DNA of 61,916 bases, the filler included, from Dugesia japonica (taxonomy: Eukaryota), in assembly GCA_001938525.1 (NCBI GenBank). It is 6 parts of 6 records of this genome, joined end to end, with 100 filler letters (N's around TTAATTAATTAA, not from the genome) between each part and the next. Parts side by side here need not be neighbours in the genome. Positions count along the whole stretch, not along the records: positions 1 to 12,232 come from MQRL01515655.1; positions 12,333 to 22,554 come from MQRL01419394.1; 4 more parts are not named here. The stretch is one strand, 5' to 3'. This document shows, in pieces, positions 10,701-22,654 of this stretch. The notes below the pieces were generated by a model. That model searched no databases. It saw only the letters and a program-made list of their open reading frames with translations, and was not told the origin of the DNA. Each line of letters opens with the position of its first letter. The stretch's first letter is position 1. The translations under genes were made by a program, and so were the position numbers.

Positions 10701-11631
10701 TATATCTTCAATTCCTGATGGGAAATTCATTCCTGTTATATCTAATTCTGTTAAATGTGGAATATAATTAGTTACTCTTCTAGCATTTGGTAAAAACTGT
10801 TTATGTGCTAGAACTGAATATAATAAACATTTATCATCATGATTTTGAATATTAATAACTCCATATTTATTTTTTATTTTATCTGGTAAATCACAAAATG
10901 TTGCACCAACTCTACATTGATATTTTTTTAATTCTATTGTAAAATCAATTATATGATCAAAGTTCCAATTAGATTCGCTTCGATCTTTATCTACAATATA
11001 TCTTTCTGTTTCTTCTAACATTTGTTCGATTTTTTTAGTTATTGATGTTTTTGCATAAACTTTTCTATTAGTAGGGTAAGAATAAAATTTCGCTAATCTA
11101 CCTTCTTTGCTATATTGGCAATTAACTCCCATTTTCATTTTAAATTTATAATGTAAAAAACTTTCTAACAATATGTTCTATATGTGATTTAACCGCTACT
11201 ATTTCTTTTAATTCATATCTTTCAATATCTAACGTCATTCGCAATTTACTATTCAACAATATATTAATATTATAGTCTGGATATGTTTGATTATTAAAAA
11301 CTTCTTTAATATGTTTCGGTTTTGATTTCCAATTTTTTGCGATTCTATTAACTAATTTCAAGGGATGTGGACTTTGATTATGTTCATTAAATAATTCTTG
11401 ATTTTCTAAATGCTTATGGCAAAGTTCACAATATAAATCAATACTACCACATTTAGTTTTTATCTTGTGTATATTTAAACCAGCTTGAGTTTTAAATTTT
11501 TTATCGCACACTTGACATGTTATATAATCGTTTGGATCTAAAACATAACATTTTTTAGATTGGATATGTGAATTTAATCCACGTTGATTTTTAAATNGTT
11601 TATCACAATTNGGNCATCTTAGTGTAGACAT
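7785..11631 (-). pseudogene. Protein-primed family B DNA polymerase (pPolB) with N-terminal zinc fingers, vOTU-like domain and endonuclease VII-like insertion
   Basis: Motifs YLDANSLY...PLPTG, KDTNNSFYGK, YSDTDS; exonuclease YGDFE and FHNAMGYD; EndoVII-like CYYC...DHNHFNGEFRGYAHSNCN; vOTU-like NIQNHDDKC...HY. In-frame stops at ~9448 (TAA) and ~9404 (TGA for Trp), frameshift at ~11160. Confidence 0.95.
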
Positions 11632-11714
11632 TTTATTTCTTCTTTTTTATTATAAATAATTTAATCATACCTCTTAAATTTTTATTCCTCTTAAATTCAC
11701 TCATTTCTCCTCCG

Positions 11715-12232
11715 ACATGAAAACATTTTTATGGGAACATTTTTCATAAAACATTTTTCATAAAACATTTTTCATAAAATATTTTTATAAGAACATTTCT
11801 CCTCCAAAATGAAAATATTTTATAGGGAACATTTTTCATAAAATATTTATTTACCTTAATAAGTTGGTTCGAATATTCACCTTAATAAGTTGGGTCGAAT
11901 ATTTTTCATAAAACATTTTTTCATAAAACATTTTTCATAAAATATTTTCCATCTCGTATAGGAACAGTTTTTTGGGAACATTTTTCATCTCGTATGGGAA
12001 CATTTTTCATCTCGTATGGGAACATTTTTATGGTAACATTTTTCCTCTCGTATGGGAACATTTTTATGGGAACATTTTTCATCTCGTATGGGAAAATTTT
12101 TATGGGAACATTTTTCATCTCGTATGGGAACATTTTTATGGGAACATTTTTCATCTCCTATGGGAACATTTTTATGGGAACATTTTTCATCTCGTATGGG
12201 AACATTTTTATGGGAACATTTTTCATCTCATA
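11715..12232. repeat. Subterminal tandem array (36-bp unit containing two ATGGGAACATTTTT subunits)
   Basis: Repeated ATGGGAACATTTTTATGGGAACATTTTTCATCTCGT, degenerating leftwards; runs into the scaffold gap. Confidence 0.9.
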
Positions 12233-12332
12233 NNNNNNNNNNNNNNNNNNNNNNNNNNNNNNNNNNNNNNNNNNNNTTAATTAATTAANNNNNNNNNNNN
12301 NNNNNNNNNNNNNNNNNNNNNNNNNNNNNNNN
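12233..12332. other. Artificial scaffold linker (also 22555-22654, 31657-31756, 40577-40676, 49865-49964)
   Basis: 100-nt N blocks centred on TTAATTAATTAA (stops in all six frames). Confidence 0.97.
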
Positions 12333-13047
12333 ATTTTTCACAAATAAAAATTTTTCGAAAAAATTATTTCTCATCTTTACATAAAGTAACCATATCTATT
12401 AGATAGGAAATTATTTGCTGATTCCAAATATATAAACCTAAAATCGCCAAAGTTAATACGCGATGAAATAAATAAGGTTTTGTGTTGGAAAATCTCAAAT
12501 TTCTCTCCGTACATGACTCGTATGGTTTCAAATTTGGTATTATTTTACTCAGGAGGAAAAGGTGATTATGCAAAGTTAAAATATTGTCTCGGGAAAAATA
12601 CTTCCTAACGAAGATATTGAGTTGTTATCTCGGATTTGGTAACTTTTTTCGAAAATTGAACAAGTAACTAATTTTACCTGAACTAATCAAAAATTGAACT
12701 CATTCAACCTCACCGAGGAAATTTTGGATTGATTTTACTTAAATCACCCAAAAATCATCAATGCCGAGGAAAATTTTGACCCAATTCACACAAACCAACC
12801 AGTCCTGAGGAATACTTTTCGTAAGTTAATTTATTGGGAATTCACTTTGTCATAACAAACTTTTTTTATATTATTATCGAATTCCAACCATACTAAATTT
12901 GACTAAATTTAAACAAAAAATGACCATAAAAAAATCATTAAAAAAACATTTTTAAAAAAATTTAAAATAAAGTCAAAAATCTTCAGCCCAGATTTTCTTA
13001 GCCCATGGGGGGGAGGAAATCGGGTGATGCGTCATTATCTACTTACT
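12333..13047 (+). repeat. Polinton-type terminal region (right end)
   Basis: Degenerate ~60-bp repeats containing CCGAGGAA, a GC-rich tip, and an end at ...TATCTACTTACT. The repeat core is homologous to 32090-32230. Confidence 0.6.
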
Positions 13048-13879
13048 ATTTTAACTTTCTTACATCAGTTCATCGTCTCCTTGAGCATTTTTAATTATTG
13101 GTTTCCTCTCTTATATTTTCATTTATACAATCATTTGTTCTTCATTTAATACTTTCAAAATGATTTAATCTTAACCTTTCGTAATATTCTCCGAGCTTTC
13201 ACTTTATTTCGGTGATCAATGTTTATCTTTTCTTCTATTCTGATTATTAATTTCTATTCAATTCTCTCATTTTCATTAATTTACTTTAATTTTGGTTGAT
13301 TTATCGATTTATTAAAATCGTTATTTTATTTTATTCTTTATTATCGCTTTACGTCTTCCTATTTTCTTTTATTACTTCATTTATTCATGATCATTATTGT
13401 CTCTACCTTTCACGGGTTTGTTTGATTATTTTAAAATTTATCTTTATTAACTGACCTGTTTCAGCCGAACATTATTAGTATTTAACATGGTATTAAAGTT
13501 AAATATTAATTTTAGAGCAATGTTCAATTTATAAGAACTACTGCTGCAATTCTTTACATAAAGATGGTTGCCAAGAAGAATTGAAAATTTATTACAGGCA
13601 ATCGTTTTAAAGTAAAAGTACTACATATTTCCAACTTGTCGGTCTATAGATTTAAAATTTTAAAAAATGTATAGCTTAATGCCAACTACCTAGCACAGTT
13701 TACTACAAATAAGAAAAGACGATTAAATAATATTAAATATTGAAATAGTAGGTCCTACAGTAAAACAAAGAAAATTGAATGAAGATGAAACAATTATTAT
13801 TGAAAAGGAATCAATACCAAAGGAACCAATATTAATGAAAGATGAGGAACCAATATTAATTGAAGATGGTGAATAAACA

Positions 13880-16451
13880 GTGAATGTTATTGTAATTGAA
13901 GATAGTGAAGAAGAGGAAAATGGTGAAAAAGATTGGAGCAATTTTCAAGTGTTGTATGAGTATGACGCAAAGACGGACAATGGAGAAGATAATCAATTTG
14001 TTGATTTGGATGAAGTAACAGATGCTTGGATTGTGGATGGATCAATAAACAATGTAGTGATTGTAACGGATTTGTATCGTTGTCACCAGATTTTAAAAGT
14101 TGATATATCAACATGGAATACAAGGAAAATAATTTTACTCGGTTCATTGATTGCGGAATTAAACATAACAATAGAGGAGCTACGTGATGTAAAAATACAA
14201 TTTGGCATCAATATCAAATTTGTTAAAGAGGAGGAGATAAAGACATATATGATGTTTAATCATGCCGTTCCTCTAAGCGACACATTTTTTGAAGATGGAA
14301 TAAATTATCTCAATGAAAAAATTGCGGTACGAAATGAAATAGGATCAAGTTGGATTTTAAACAGAATCCTTGAAGTTGGTTTGAAAATTACAAAAATATC
14401 AAATATGGGTAGATTGTGTGGACACGGTTATATTCCAACTCCTCAGAAACTGAAAAAGAAAAGGGCTGTTATAAAATTTCAGAATAACGACAATAAATGT
14501 TTACTTTACAGTATACGAGCTATACGTAAACAGAATGTAATTGGAAACAATAAATGCAGAGCGAGCAAATAAATAAGTTACATGTCTGAATTAGTATTTG
14601 ATGATGAAGACATGCCAATGAAATTGAACAACATAGCCAAATTTCAAAGACAAAACCTAGGTTTATCAATCAACGTATTATCTTGGAATGATGATGAACT
14701 TTTAATTTATGATGATGCGGTAATCCAACATCTAAATTTATACATTATTATTGTTGGAAAATTAAAACAAATTTCATTACGCGGTAGTAATGAATCTAAA
14801 TAGATTGTTGAAAAGATATATCAAAAAGAATGGGGAATGGATACAAAATATTTGGTGTAAAAATTGTCTAAACGGATTCAGGGACAGAAATGCGTATAAA
14901 AAACATCAACCGATATGCGAAAGAATACAAACCGGCACTACTCTATATACTATGCCGTCAGAAAAAAACTTTAGAGTTTAAAGATCACTTCACTCTTTGT
15001 AATGTATGCTGATTTTGAATCAGTACTCCCGGTGGATGCTCAACATTTTCTAAAACATTTATCGATTTCGGCTGTACTTTTGTTGATAAATAATTTTAAC
15101 AACCTAACCAAATACGCCCAATTTGTTGGAAATGATTGCATCTATAAATTTTTTAAAGTAATCGAGGATATTAAAAAAATATGATGTATCCATATTATCT
15201 TAGTAATAGAAAAATGAAAATAAAAATAACACCAGTCCAAGAATTAGAATTTAATAGGAGCAGAATGTGTTATTTATGTAAAAGGAGATAAGCAACCCTG
15301 TTTGAGATAATGACCATTTTACATGAGAATTTAAAAAAACAGCCTGTTCAAAATTTAATTTAAGCAGATGATTTAATATACAGCTACCAGTTGTATTTCA
15401 CAATTTAAAAGGGTATGATCTTCATCATATTTTCAAATACGGATTGAGTAAATTTTAAAAATGAAATCTGAATTTCTCTGAATGATTGTACATCAGAGCA
15501 AAACTGCGACTATCCAGTATATTGATAGTTATCAATTTATAAATTCATCTCTGGATGCAGCAGTGAAATCTTTAGGATCAACACCATTAACTGTGAAAGA
15601 ATTTAAAAATAATAACATAATTATGTCAACGGGTATTTTATCGTATAATCTTGCTACAAGATTGATAGTGTTGGAAGAAAAAAAATCAATGCCACCAAGA
15701 TGGGATGAAGTTAATCAAGATTAATACAACAAAGCGGTGGAAATGTGGAATATCACAAAGTGCAGCAATTTATTGGATTACATGTTAATGTATCTATAGA
15801 TGGATGTTTTTCTGTTGGCCGACTTTTTTCAACAGTTCAGGGAAAAGAGAACATCAACGTCTTTCAGGGTAAAAAATAAAGAAATTATTACTGACTCATT
15901 ACTCGAAAGTAAATTAATTTATTCAATGGAGGCTGTTGCAAATATACATACAATTAGGAGTACAGTTAATTATGATTCATAGATCAGTTAAATTCAAGGA
16001 AACTGGGATTTTTGAAGATTATATTAACAAAAATACAATATTGAAATCACAATGTATAACTGAATTTGAGAAAAATAATTATAAGTTACTAAATAATAGT
16101 CTGTTCGGAAAGTCTGTAGAGAATTTGAGGAAAAAAATAAATTTGCGCTTGTACAATTCAAAGAAGAAGTTGATGACATATACGTCAAAAGCAAGCTTTA
16201 GAAAATCAATAAAAATCAATCAAGACCTCATAACTGTTCTTCTCAATAAGGATATTGTATGATTGCATCGGCGGAGCTACATAAAACAAACTGTAATAGA
16301 CCTATCAAAACTCTTTATGTATCAATTACAATACAATCAGTTAGAAAAGTACAGGATAGAAGAAATTTGTACAATAAATATTGTAGCGGGTGGTATGGAT
16401 AGTTTTGTCTTAGAAGTGATAGACATAAGTTTGGAAAAACTAACCAGTTGA
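13880..16451 (+). pseudogene. Second, divergent and heavily decayed pPolB (element B)
   Basis: GSSW.LNRI, FQNNDNKCLLYS, C.NCL..F, YADFES, FHNLKGYD, YIDSYQF, DVFLLADFF, KLLNNSLFGKSVENLRK. The motif A region is deleted near 15850 and there are many stops and frameshifts. Confidence 0.9.
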
Positions 16452-16729
16452 AGAAAGAGGAGAAATTGTGAAGAAAAGCAAAAAAAGTCTGAAAAGAAAA
16501 CAATAAATGAGAAAGAATACCGGTCCTCTTTAGTACCACAATTTGTGATTGTAAAAATTGTTACACATTGTGAATGTATACTGGTTCTTATTAGAACTAA
16601 AATGATTGTTATCTACGATGGATACAAATATTAGATTGTTGTCTCCGGATTGTTCAAACTACAATGAAACAGAATAAAATTGGTATTATTCTTTTTAAAA
16701 TATTATTTACTTTACTTTGTACATATTAT

Positions 16730-16890
16730 TTATAATTACAATTATTGTGAGAATAATTTTTGGACTTAACAATTGATCGCATTTGAGATTTCATTGAAAT
16801 AGGAAAAGGCTTCGATCAAAACAAAATTTATTTGAACCTTTTTACAAATAAATTTTATTTTGATCGAACCCTTTTCCTATTTTAATGAAA
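16730..16890 (+). repeat. Dispersed MITE/HINE-like repeat with a ~45-bp-arm hairpin
   Basis: Inverted arms 16788-16833 and 16845-16890; core ATTATTGTGAGAATAATT.TTGGACTTAAC.ATTGATCG recurs at ~34855, 51680, 55380 and 55645. Confidence 0.8.
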
Positions 16891-18480
16891 ACATATTATT
16901 TAATTTAGTTTGGCATTAATAAGAAAGTAAAGTTAAACTATATAGGAAAAAAAATGAAAACGCGCTGGTCTTCTTTAGGATCAAAATTATTGAATGAGTG
17001 AACAAAGAAATGCAACATTATTGCAAAGTAAACATGGAGGAATGCAACTCAGATGCCGATTTAACAAAGAAATATTTCAGTTGCAAGTGAAACAAAGAAA
17101 ATTGCAGTTGTAATTTTAACAAAAAAATATCCAATGCAGATTCAAAATGGTTGTAAATAAAATTAATTTTTTTCTAATTATTAATAATTATGAATTTAGA
17201 TTCAATTATAGACAATATAATTGAATTTATTGAAATCTCTTATTCAGACGAAAATCGAAAAATACTTGTAAAATAAATTCAAGGTAATAGTAAATTACTT
17301 ATATAATATATGTTATATAAAATAAAATTAAAAAAACTATAATAAAAAAAAGATTTATTAAACTAATTTTATTAGATAACATTAAAAAAACATTTATATA
17401 TCAAATTTATTTTTAGTAATGCGATATTCTGTGATCTTTAGAATATTTTGTATAGTAAATTAATTCTAAATATTTAAATTTAATATTGATTATTAAAAAT
17501 AAAAGTATTACCACCAGTTTTGGTTTTCTTTCAATCTAAGATTTGTGTTGTTTTTCAAACGCAAATGATATGGTCTTTAATTGTATATCAAGCCTGATTT
17601 TGTTTATTTGTTCAGGAATTTTATAATCTAAGTCAATGTTTAAACCATTTGATGCTTTTATTATATCTTCTTTATAAAACTGGTTTGCTACAGTTGGCAG
17701 ATCAAGATTAAACAATTTTACAAATTTATGCATTAGGAAACCTATGTTTTTAATGAATTCATATTGAAAGCTAGATTTTGACGCTTTCTTCTTTTCTTAA
17801 TAATACCAAACTATCCAAAAAATTAATTTTCATCAATGGATGTAAATCAGCGTATATGAGTTTCTCCAACTTATGTCGATAGAGTTATACCTCATTATTT
17901 GAAATCTCCTCAAAAACGTCCATAGAGATTGTAAACATTTTTCAAATTTTCTGCTTTGTTAGCTTAAAAATCGCTTAAGAAATCTATATATTTCAAACTT
18001 ACGTAATTATCCTCAGTATTTGGATTCATTGATGAAAGAACTTTCTGAATTTTGGATTGAACCATTTTTTTCTTGTATTCTTTTTCTATCTCTTTATTTT
18101 AACAAACACAAATATTAATAATTTTTACCATTTTTTATTGTTTCAGTGATAATGCATTTATTTTGGTCATATTTTAAAAATTGATTTAGGAAATCATGAA
18201 TTTATAGACATATCAGTGTGTCTACTTGAATCTATGTCATAAAAATAAATTAATCAGATTGACCAAAAAATGGAAATAATTTTGATTGTATATTAAAACA
18301 TATATATTCAAAATACAAATGAAATAAAATCATTTATTTTCAAAATGTGTTTAAAATTTTTTTGGAAAATTAACAGATGTTGACGATGATATACAAAGTG
18401 CATAAGTTTAGCCAAACTTTGAATATGATGAAAAAGAATGGCCGACAACCGCAAACGAAGAGGAAAAATATTTGTTATAG

Positions 18481-18569
18481 TCGTCGATGACTCATAACGA
18501 TGAGTAAATGTCTTTGTTATAAAAGCTCTTTGTCTAGGGGGTGATCCATTGAGCTACTATCTACCTACT
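18481..18569 (+). repeat. Polinton-type right terminus (possibly of element B)
   Basis: Ends ...CTACTATCTACCTACT; its reverse complement aligns with 21398-21500. Confidence 0.65.
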
Positions 18570-21240
18570 ACCAACCGTGTTAATGAGTTGTAATACGGGA
18601 TTCGGAAAAATAGAGACTCATGAGATTTATAATGATAATCAATGTTAAAAAATTGCGGTATCTGAAAACGTACGTGTAAGTGGAATTGGCAAATATTTTA
18701 TCAGAGGCATGATAATGTATCACTCAGATCAGAAAATTATTTATAACACGAGTAAGTAATGGATTTTTACTAGAGATAAAGAGAAAATGGCCATGCGGAA
18801 ACGTTTAGTAACAGATGGACTTATAATCGATAATAATGGATACATATGGTTAAGATTATATATGTAAGAAGTTGGATGTAAAATTTTACACACCGAAACT
18901 ATACTCGGATATGTAGACGAGTTTAATCAAAATGAAGAAGTGTTTGAAAAAGTGTCACTTAGACAATTGTCTTCTTAAAAACAAAGAACATATGAAGAAA
19001 TTACAAAATATGCTGCAGTGCAATCGTTGAAAAGAATAAAGTTGTATTTAGTCGATATTAGATGGCTGTGGGTAAAACGGATATGATTGAACATAAAATA
19101 GAAACAACCGATGGCAGACCAATTGCTTTTAAGCCACGAAGAATATCAAAAAGACTCAAAGAGGAAGTAGAACATATGGTAAAAGATTTTATAGTAGTTG
19201 GTGTTGTAAAGCCGAGTACTTCTCCATGGAACTTTCCAATTTTAGTGGCGAAAAAGAAAAACGGTGATAACCGTATATGTGTTGTCTACAGGGCACTGAA
19301 TGCTAAAACAAACTGATCAACATTTTTAATACCATTATCAGAGGAAATATTTGACAGTATTTCTGGAGTTAAATTCTTTTCATCTCTAGATCTTTCCAGT
19401 GGATATCACCAAGTGCCGATAGCTAAAAAAGATTAGGAAAAAACTGCATTCAGCACAAAGTTTGGACAATATAAATTTAAAAGAATGCCGTTTGGATTAT
19501 GCTCAGTACCAGCGATATTTCAGTGATTTATGAATATTTTATTGCGAAATGAAAATAGGAAACGTGTGTAATATATTTAGAGGATGTTTTAATATTTGGT
19601 AAAACTGTAGACGAGCACAACAAAAGACTAGATCAAATATTAAGAAGAATAAGAGTAGCTAGACTTAAATTAGCACCAAATAGATGAAAATGTTTAAAGG
19701 AAAAATACAATATCTCGGACATATAATAACTAAAAGTAGAATCGCAACAGATTCTGATAAAAAAATGGCAATGCAAAAATAGGTGATTCCTCAATATCGA
19801 AAAGAACTTCTAACATTTTTAGGGTTTTGTAATTATTACGGGCGATTCATAAAGAATTATGCAAATTTATTTGAACCTCTCAGTTCGAAAAGAATAGATA
19901 AAAAACAAGTTTCAGTGGACAGACGAAAATAGAGAATATTTTTACAAGCTACGTAAAAGGTTGGCAGACCCACCAGTGCAAGCTCTACCAACCAAGGATG
20001 GAAAATATATCTTGGATACATATGCTTTTCACAACGCAATCGGTGCTGTACCTTTTCAAGTAAAAGATAGCAAGGAACGAGTATGTCCGTTTTCTATAAA
20101 TCTAAGACACCAACAAAAAGCCGGAAACAGTACTGCATCACAAGAAAAGAGCTTCTGGCAATATATGTGCTTATCCTCAAGTTTAAGCACTATTTAATGG
20201 GATCACAATTTGTGGTACAAACAAATCATCAAGCATTAAACTGGATGCATAATTTGGAAAGCCCAAATACATCAAAATACTGCATATGGAAAGCTGAGCT
20301 GCAAATCTTTGATATGACAGTAGAATGTAGAAAGGTTCGTGAACATATTAATGCTGATGCATTTTCACGATTACCAGATTGCAAGCAGTGCCTAATAAAA
20401 CATGAGGATCTAAAGAGGAAAAAAAACGTTAAAATATACAAAACAACAGACATAGATGAGGAAAAAATTATACGCTGAGAAAAATGTATAAATAAAATAT
20501 ACCAGGAAAACAAATGGAAACAAAAAAAATATAAATATATGAATAATATTTCAGGCTCTAGAAAGAAACGAGAGAGCACTTCGTGACGTAGAGGTAAATA
20601 AGGAAATACAATTGTATTGGGAGAAAAAGAAAGAACTGCAAATACGAGGTGAGATGCTATATTTAAAAAAGGATGAAAAATATCTTCTTATTGTGCCCAG
20701 ACAAAAAAGAGACAAAGTCATTTAGAAATATCATAAGTTATTTGGTCATCGAAGAGTAGAGAAAACAACAGGAGTTATCATAAATAAGTATTATTGGTTT
20801 TGTATGGATAAAAACATAAGAGAACAACTATCAAAATGTAAACAGTGTAATGTGCATAAATGTAATAACGGAAGAATTAAAGCACCATTACAAAATATAT
20901 CCGAAAAAGAATTATTTCAGAGTATTGTAATAGATATTTAAGGACCATTTAACAAACGAAACATGGTTATAAATATATTTTTGGAGATGTGGATTATTTT
21001 TTAAAGTTTATATGTTTAATTCAGTTACGAACGATAACAACTGAAGATATATGTGAATGATTTTGGATACATTATATATCAAAATTTGGAATAACTAGTC
21101 GAATTTACTCGAATTGTGGTAGTAATTTTAGCTCAAGTACATTTCAGAAATATTGCAAGCAATTGGTAATCGTGAAAACATTTTCATCTCTATGTTACCC
21201 TCAAGGAAATGGGTTAGTAGAAAGATTATTTAAAACCGCA
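18570..21240 (+). mobile_element. Ty3/Gypsy LTR retrotransposon pol remnant (RT-RNase H-integrase)
   Basis: PSTSPWNFPILVAKKKNG..RICV.YRALN, SLDLSSGYHQV, RMPFGL, YLEDVLI, YCITRKELLAI, HINADAFSR, H..GH...C..C, PQGNGLVERLFKT; many stops. Confidence 0.93.
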
Positions 21241-21242
21241 AT

Positions 21243-21332
21243 TCTTGTGCTACTTTTGATTTTCCTATAGAACCATACTTTTTGTTTTTCATTAAAATGA
21301 AAAGTGGGCTGATACGCCACTATCTACTTACT
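21243..21332 (+). repeat. Short Polinton-type right-terminus fragment
   Basis: Ends ...CACTATCTACTTACT where Gypsy homology stops. Confidence 0.45.
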
Positions 21333-21397
21333 CTAACGTCCTTTTTTTCACCACTAAGGAAGCGTTTTCAATAATTGTTCTTTAGACAGTGTAAAGA

Positions 21398-21650
21398 AAT
21401 AGGAAGATAGTAGCGCACTAGATAATCCCCTGGACAAAGAACATGAGTCATCCGCTGATAGAACAAAGACAATGACTCATCGCGATGAGTCATCGATGAC
21501 TAAGACAATGATGATGACTCATAAGTATGACTCATATCGATGAGTCATCGTTTTTCTAGATCATTATGATTCAACGTGATGAGTCATTGATGACTTAAAC
21601 AAACACCATGACTCATACATTTTCTAGATCATGACTCATACTTTTTTTTT
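21398..21650 (+). repeat. Polinton-type left terminus with an array of ATGA(C/G)TCAT palindromes
   Basis: Begins (A)ATAGGAAGATAGTAGC and is an inverted homolog of 18481-18569; nine perfect TGA(C/G)TCA sites. Confidence 0.7.
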
Positions 21651-22142
21651 CAAAGTAAAATTATAATAAAATCAATAACTATTTGATTAAGTAATCTGAT
21701 TCATTATTTTCCTTATTTATTGTAATATCCTATTTGAAAATAAAAAATTATAAAGGTTTTTTCATTTTTTAATGGTTAAAGCTTAAATTTCACTTATTAT
21801 TTTAAAAAGTCTAAAGTGAATGCATTTTACACTTTTCTCATAATTATTTGAAAATTAATTATTCAATCAATTATTTTAAACAATGAATTAAGTAACTTCA
21901 TTACTCGATAAAACTTTAATATTATCCTTAAGTCGTTTAACCCTGGCAACTCAATAGAAACAATAAAATTTAAAGTATGATTTCAAATATTCACTAAAAA
22001 TATAATATGATTTAAGGATGAATTATACTTTTCGGATTTTACTCAATTAGTGAATTATTTCATAAACAATTGTTCAAATATATTTAAAAGTTTTAATATC
22101 AAAAACGATTTGAATTATTTTGTGTTGCATAATAAAATTAAT

Positions 22143-22420
22143 AGTGTTGGTAGTGGGAAAGGAGGACGCGAGGACAGACGGGGGGGAGTAACCGTTACCA
22201 TGGAAACAGTTCCGCGACCGTGATCGCGACGTAAATTGCGACCGTTTCTATGGTGACGGTATCGGGACCGTGATCGGGATCGTTTCCATGGCAACCGTCG
22301 CGATGAGAGAAAAATTGATTTTGTGCGGTAACTAATGACGTAACCATAGCAAAAATAGGTGAGTTGTGTGTGTCGCATGTGCCCGTATTTATAGCAACTG
22401 TTTTCATGGCAACCAAAAAT
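22143..22420 (+). promoter_or_regulatory. GC/CpG-rich island with a cluster of RFX X-box-like motifs (probable element terminus)
   Basis: GTTACCATGGAAAC 22194, GTTTCTATGGTGAC 22244, GTTTCCATGGCAAC 22282, GTAACCATAGCAAA 22340, GTATTTATAGCAAC 22385, GTTTTCATGGCAAC 22400. Confidence 0.6.
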
Positions 22421-22654
22421 TTTTATATATTTTTTTGGGAATTTTTTCTGAAAAAATAAAAAATGTTTTTTTGATATTTGAAAATTTTAAAATATGGAAA
22501 ATTTGAGAAAAATATGGAGAGATTAAAGATGATTTTTTGAAATTTTTGATTTGANNNNNNNNNNNNNNNNNNNNNNNNNNNNNNNNNNNNNNNNNNNNTT
22601 AATTAATTAANNNNNNNNNNNNNNNNNNNNNNNNNNNNNNNNNNNNNNNNNNNN

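Larger units (their letters stand above)
1..13047 (-). mobile_element. Polinton/Maverick (adintovirus-like) element A, left part outside the window; mildly decayed
   Basis: Co-located pPolB, adenain-like protease, penton, PZ-like, membrane-protein and packaging ATPase ORFs plus subterminal repeats. A ...TATCTACTTACT terminus at 13047 lies across a scaffold linker, so its assignment to this element is inferred. No major capsid or integrase is visible in the window. Confidence 0.9.

Noticed and set aside
11921-12288. Repetitive ORFs (MKNVPIKMFPYE / MGTFFISYGNIF) and a CRISPR-like look
   Set aside because: Translations of a tandem repeat; no unique spacers, no cas genes, eukaryotic context.
12233-12332. 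Recurrent TTAATTAATTAA palindrome
   Set aside because: Always centred in a 100-nt N block; an artificial scaffolding linker.
17536-18100. Decayed minus-strand coding-like segment (likewise 40677-41180)
   Set aside because: No identifiable motifs; left unannotated.
18481-21500. Inverted pair flanking the Gypsy as TIRs of one composite element
   Set aside because: The tips face the Gypsy (a right end, then a left end), so they belong to separate flanking elements rather than enclosing it.
22115-22416. Arg-rich and MVAM/MVT-repeat ORFs
   Set aside because: By-products of the GC-rich X-box array.
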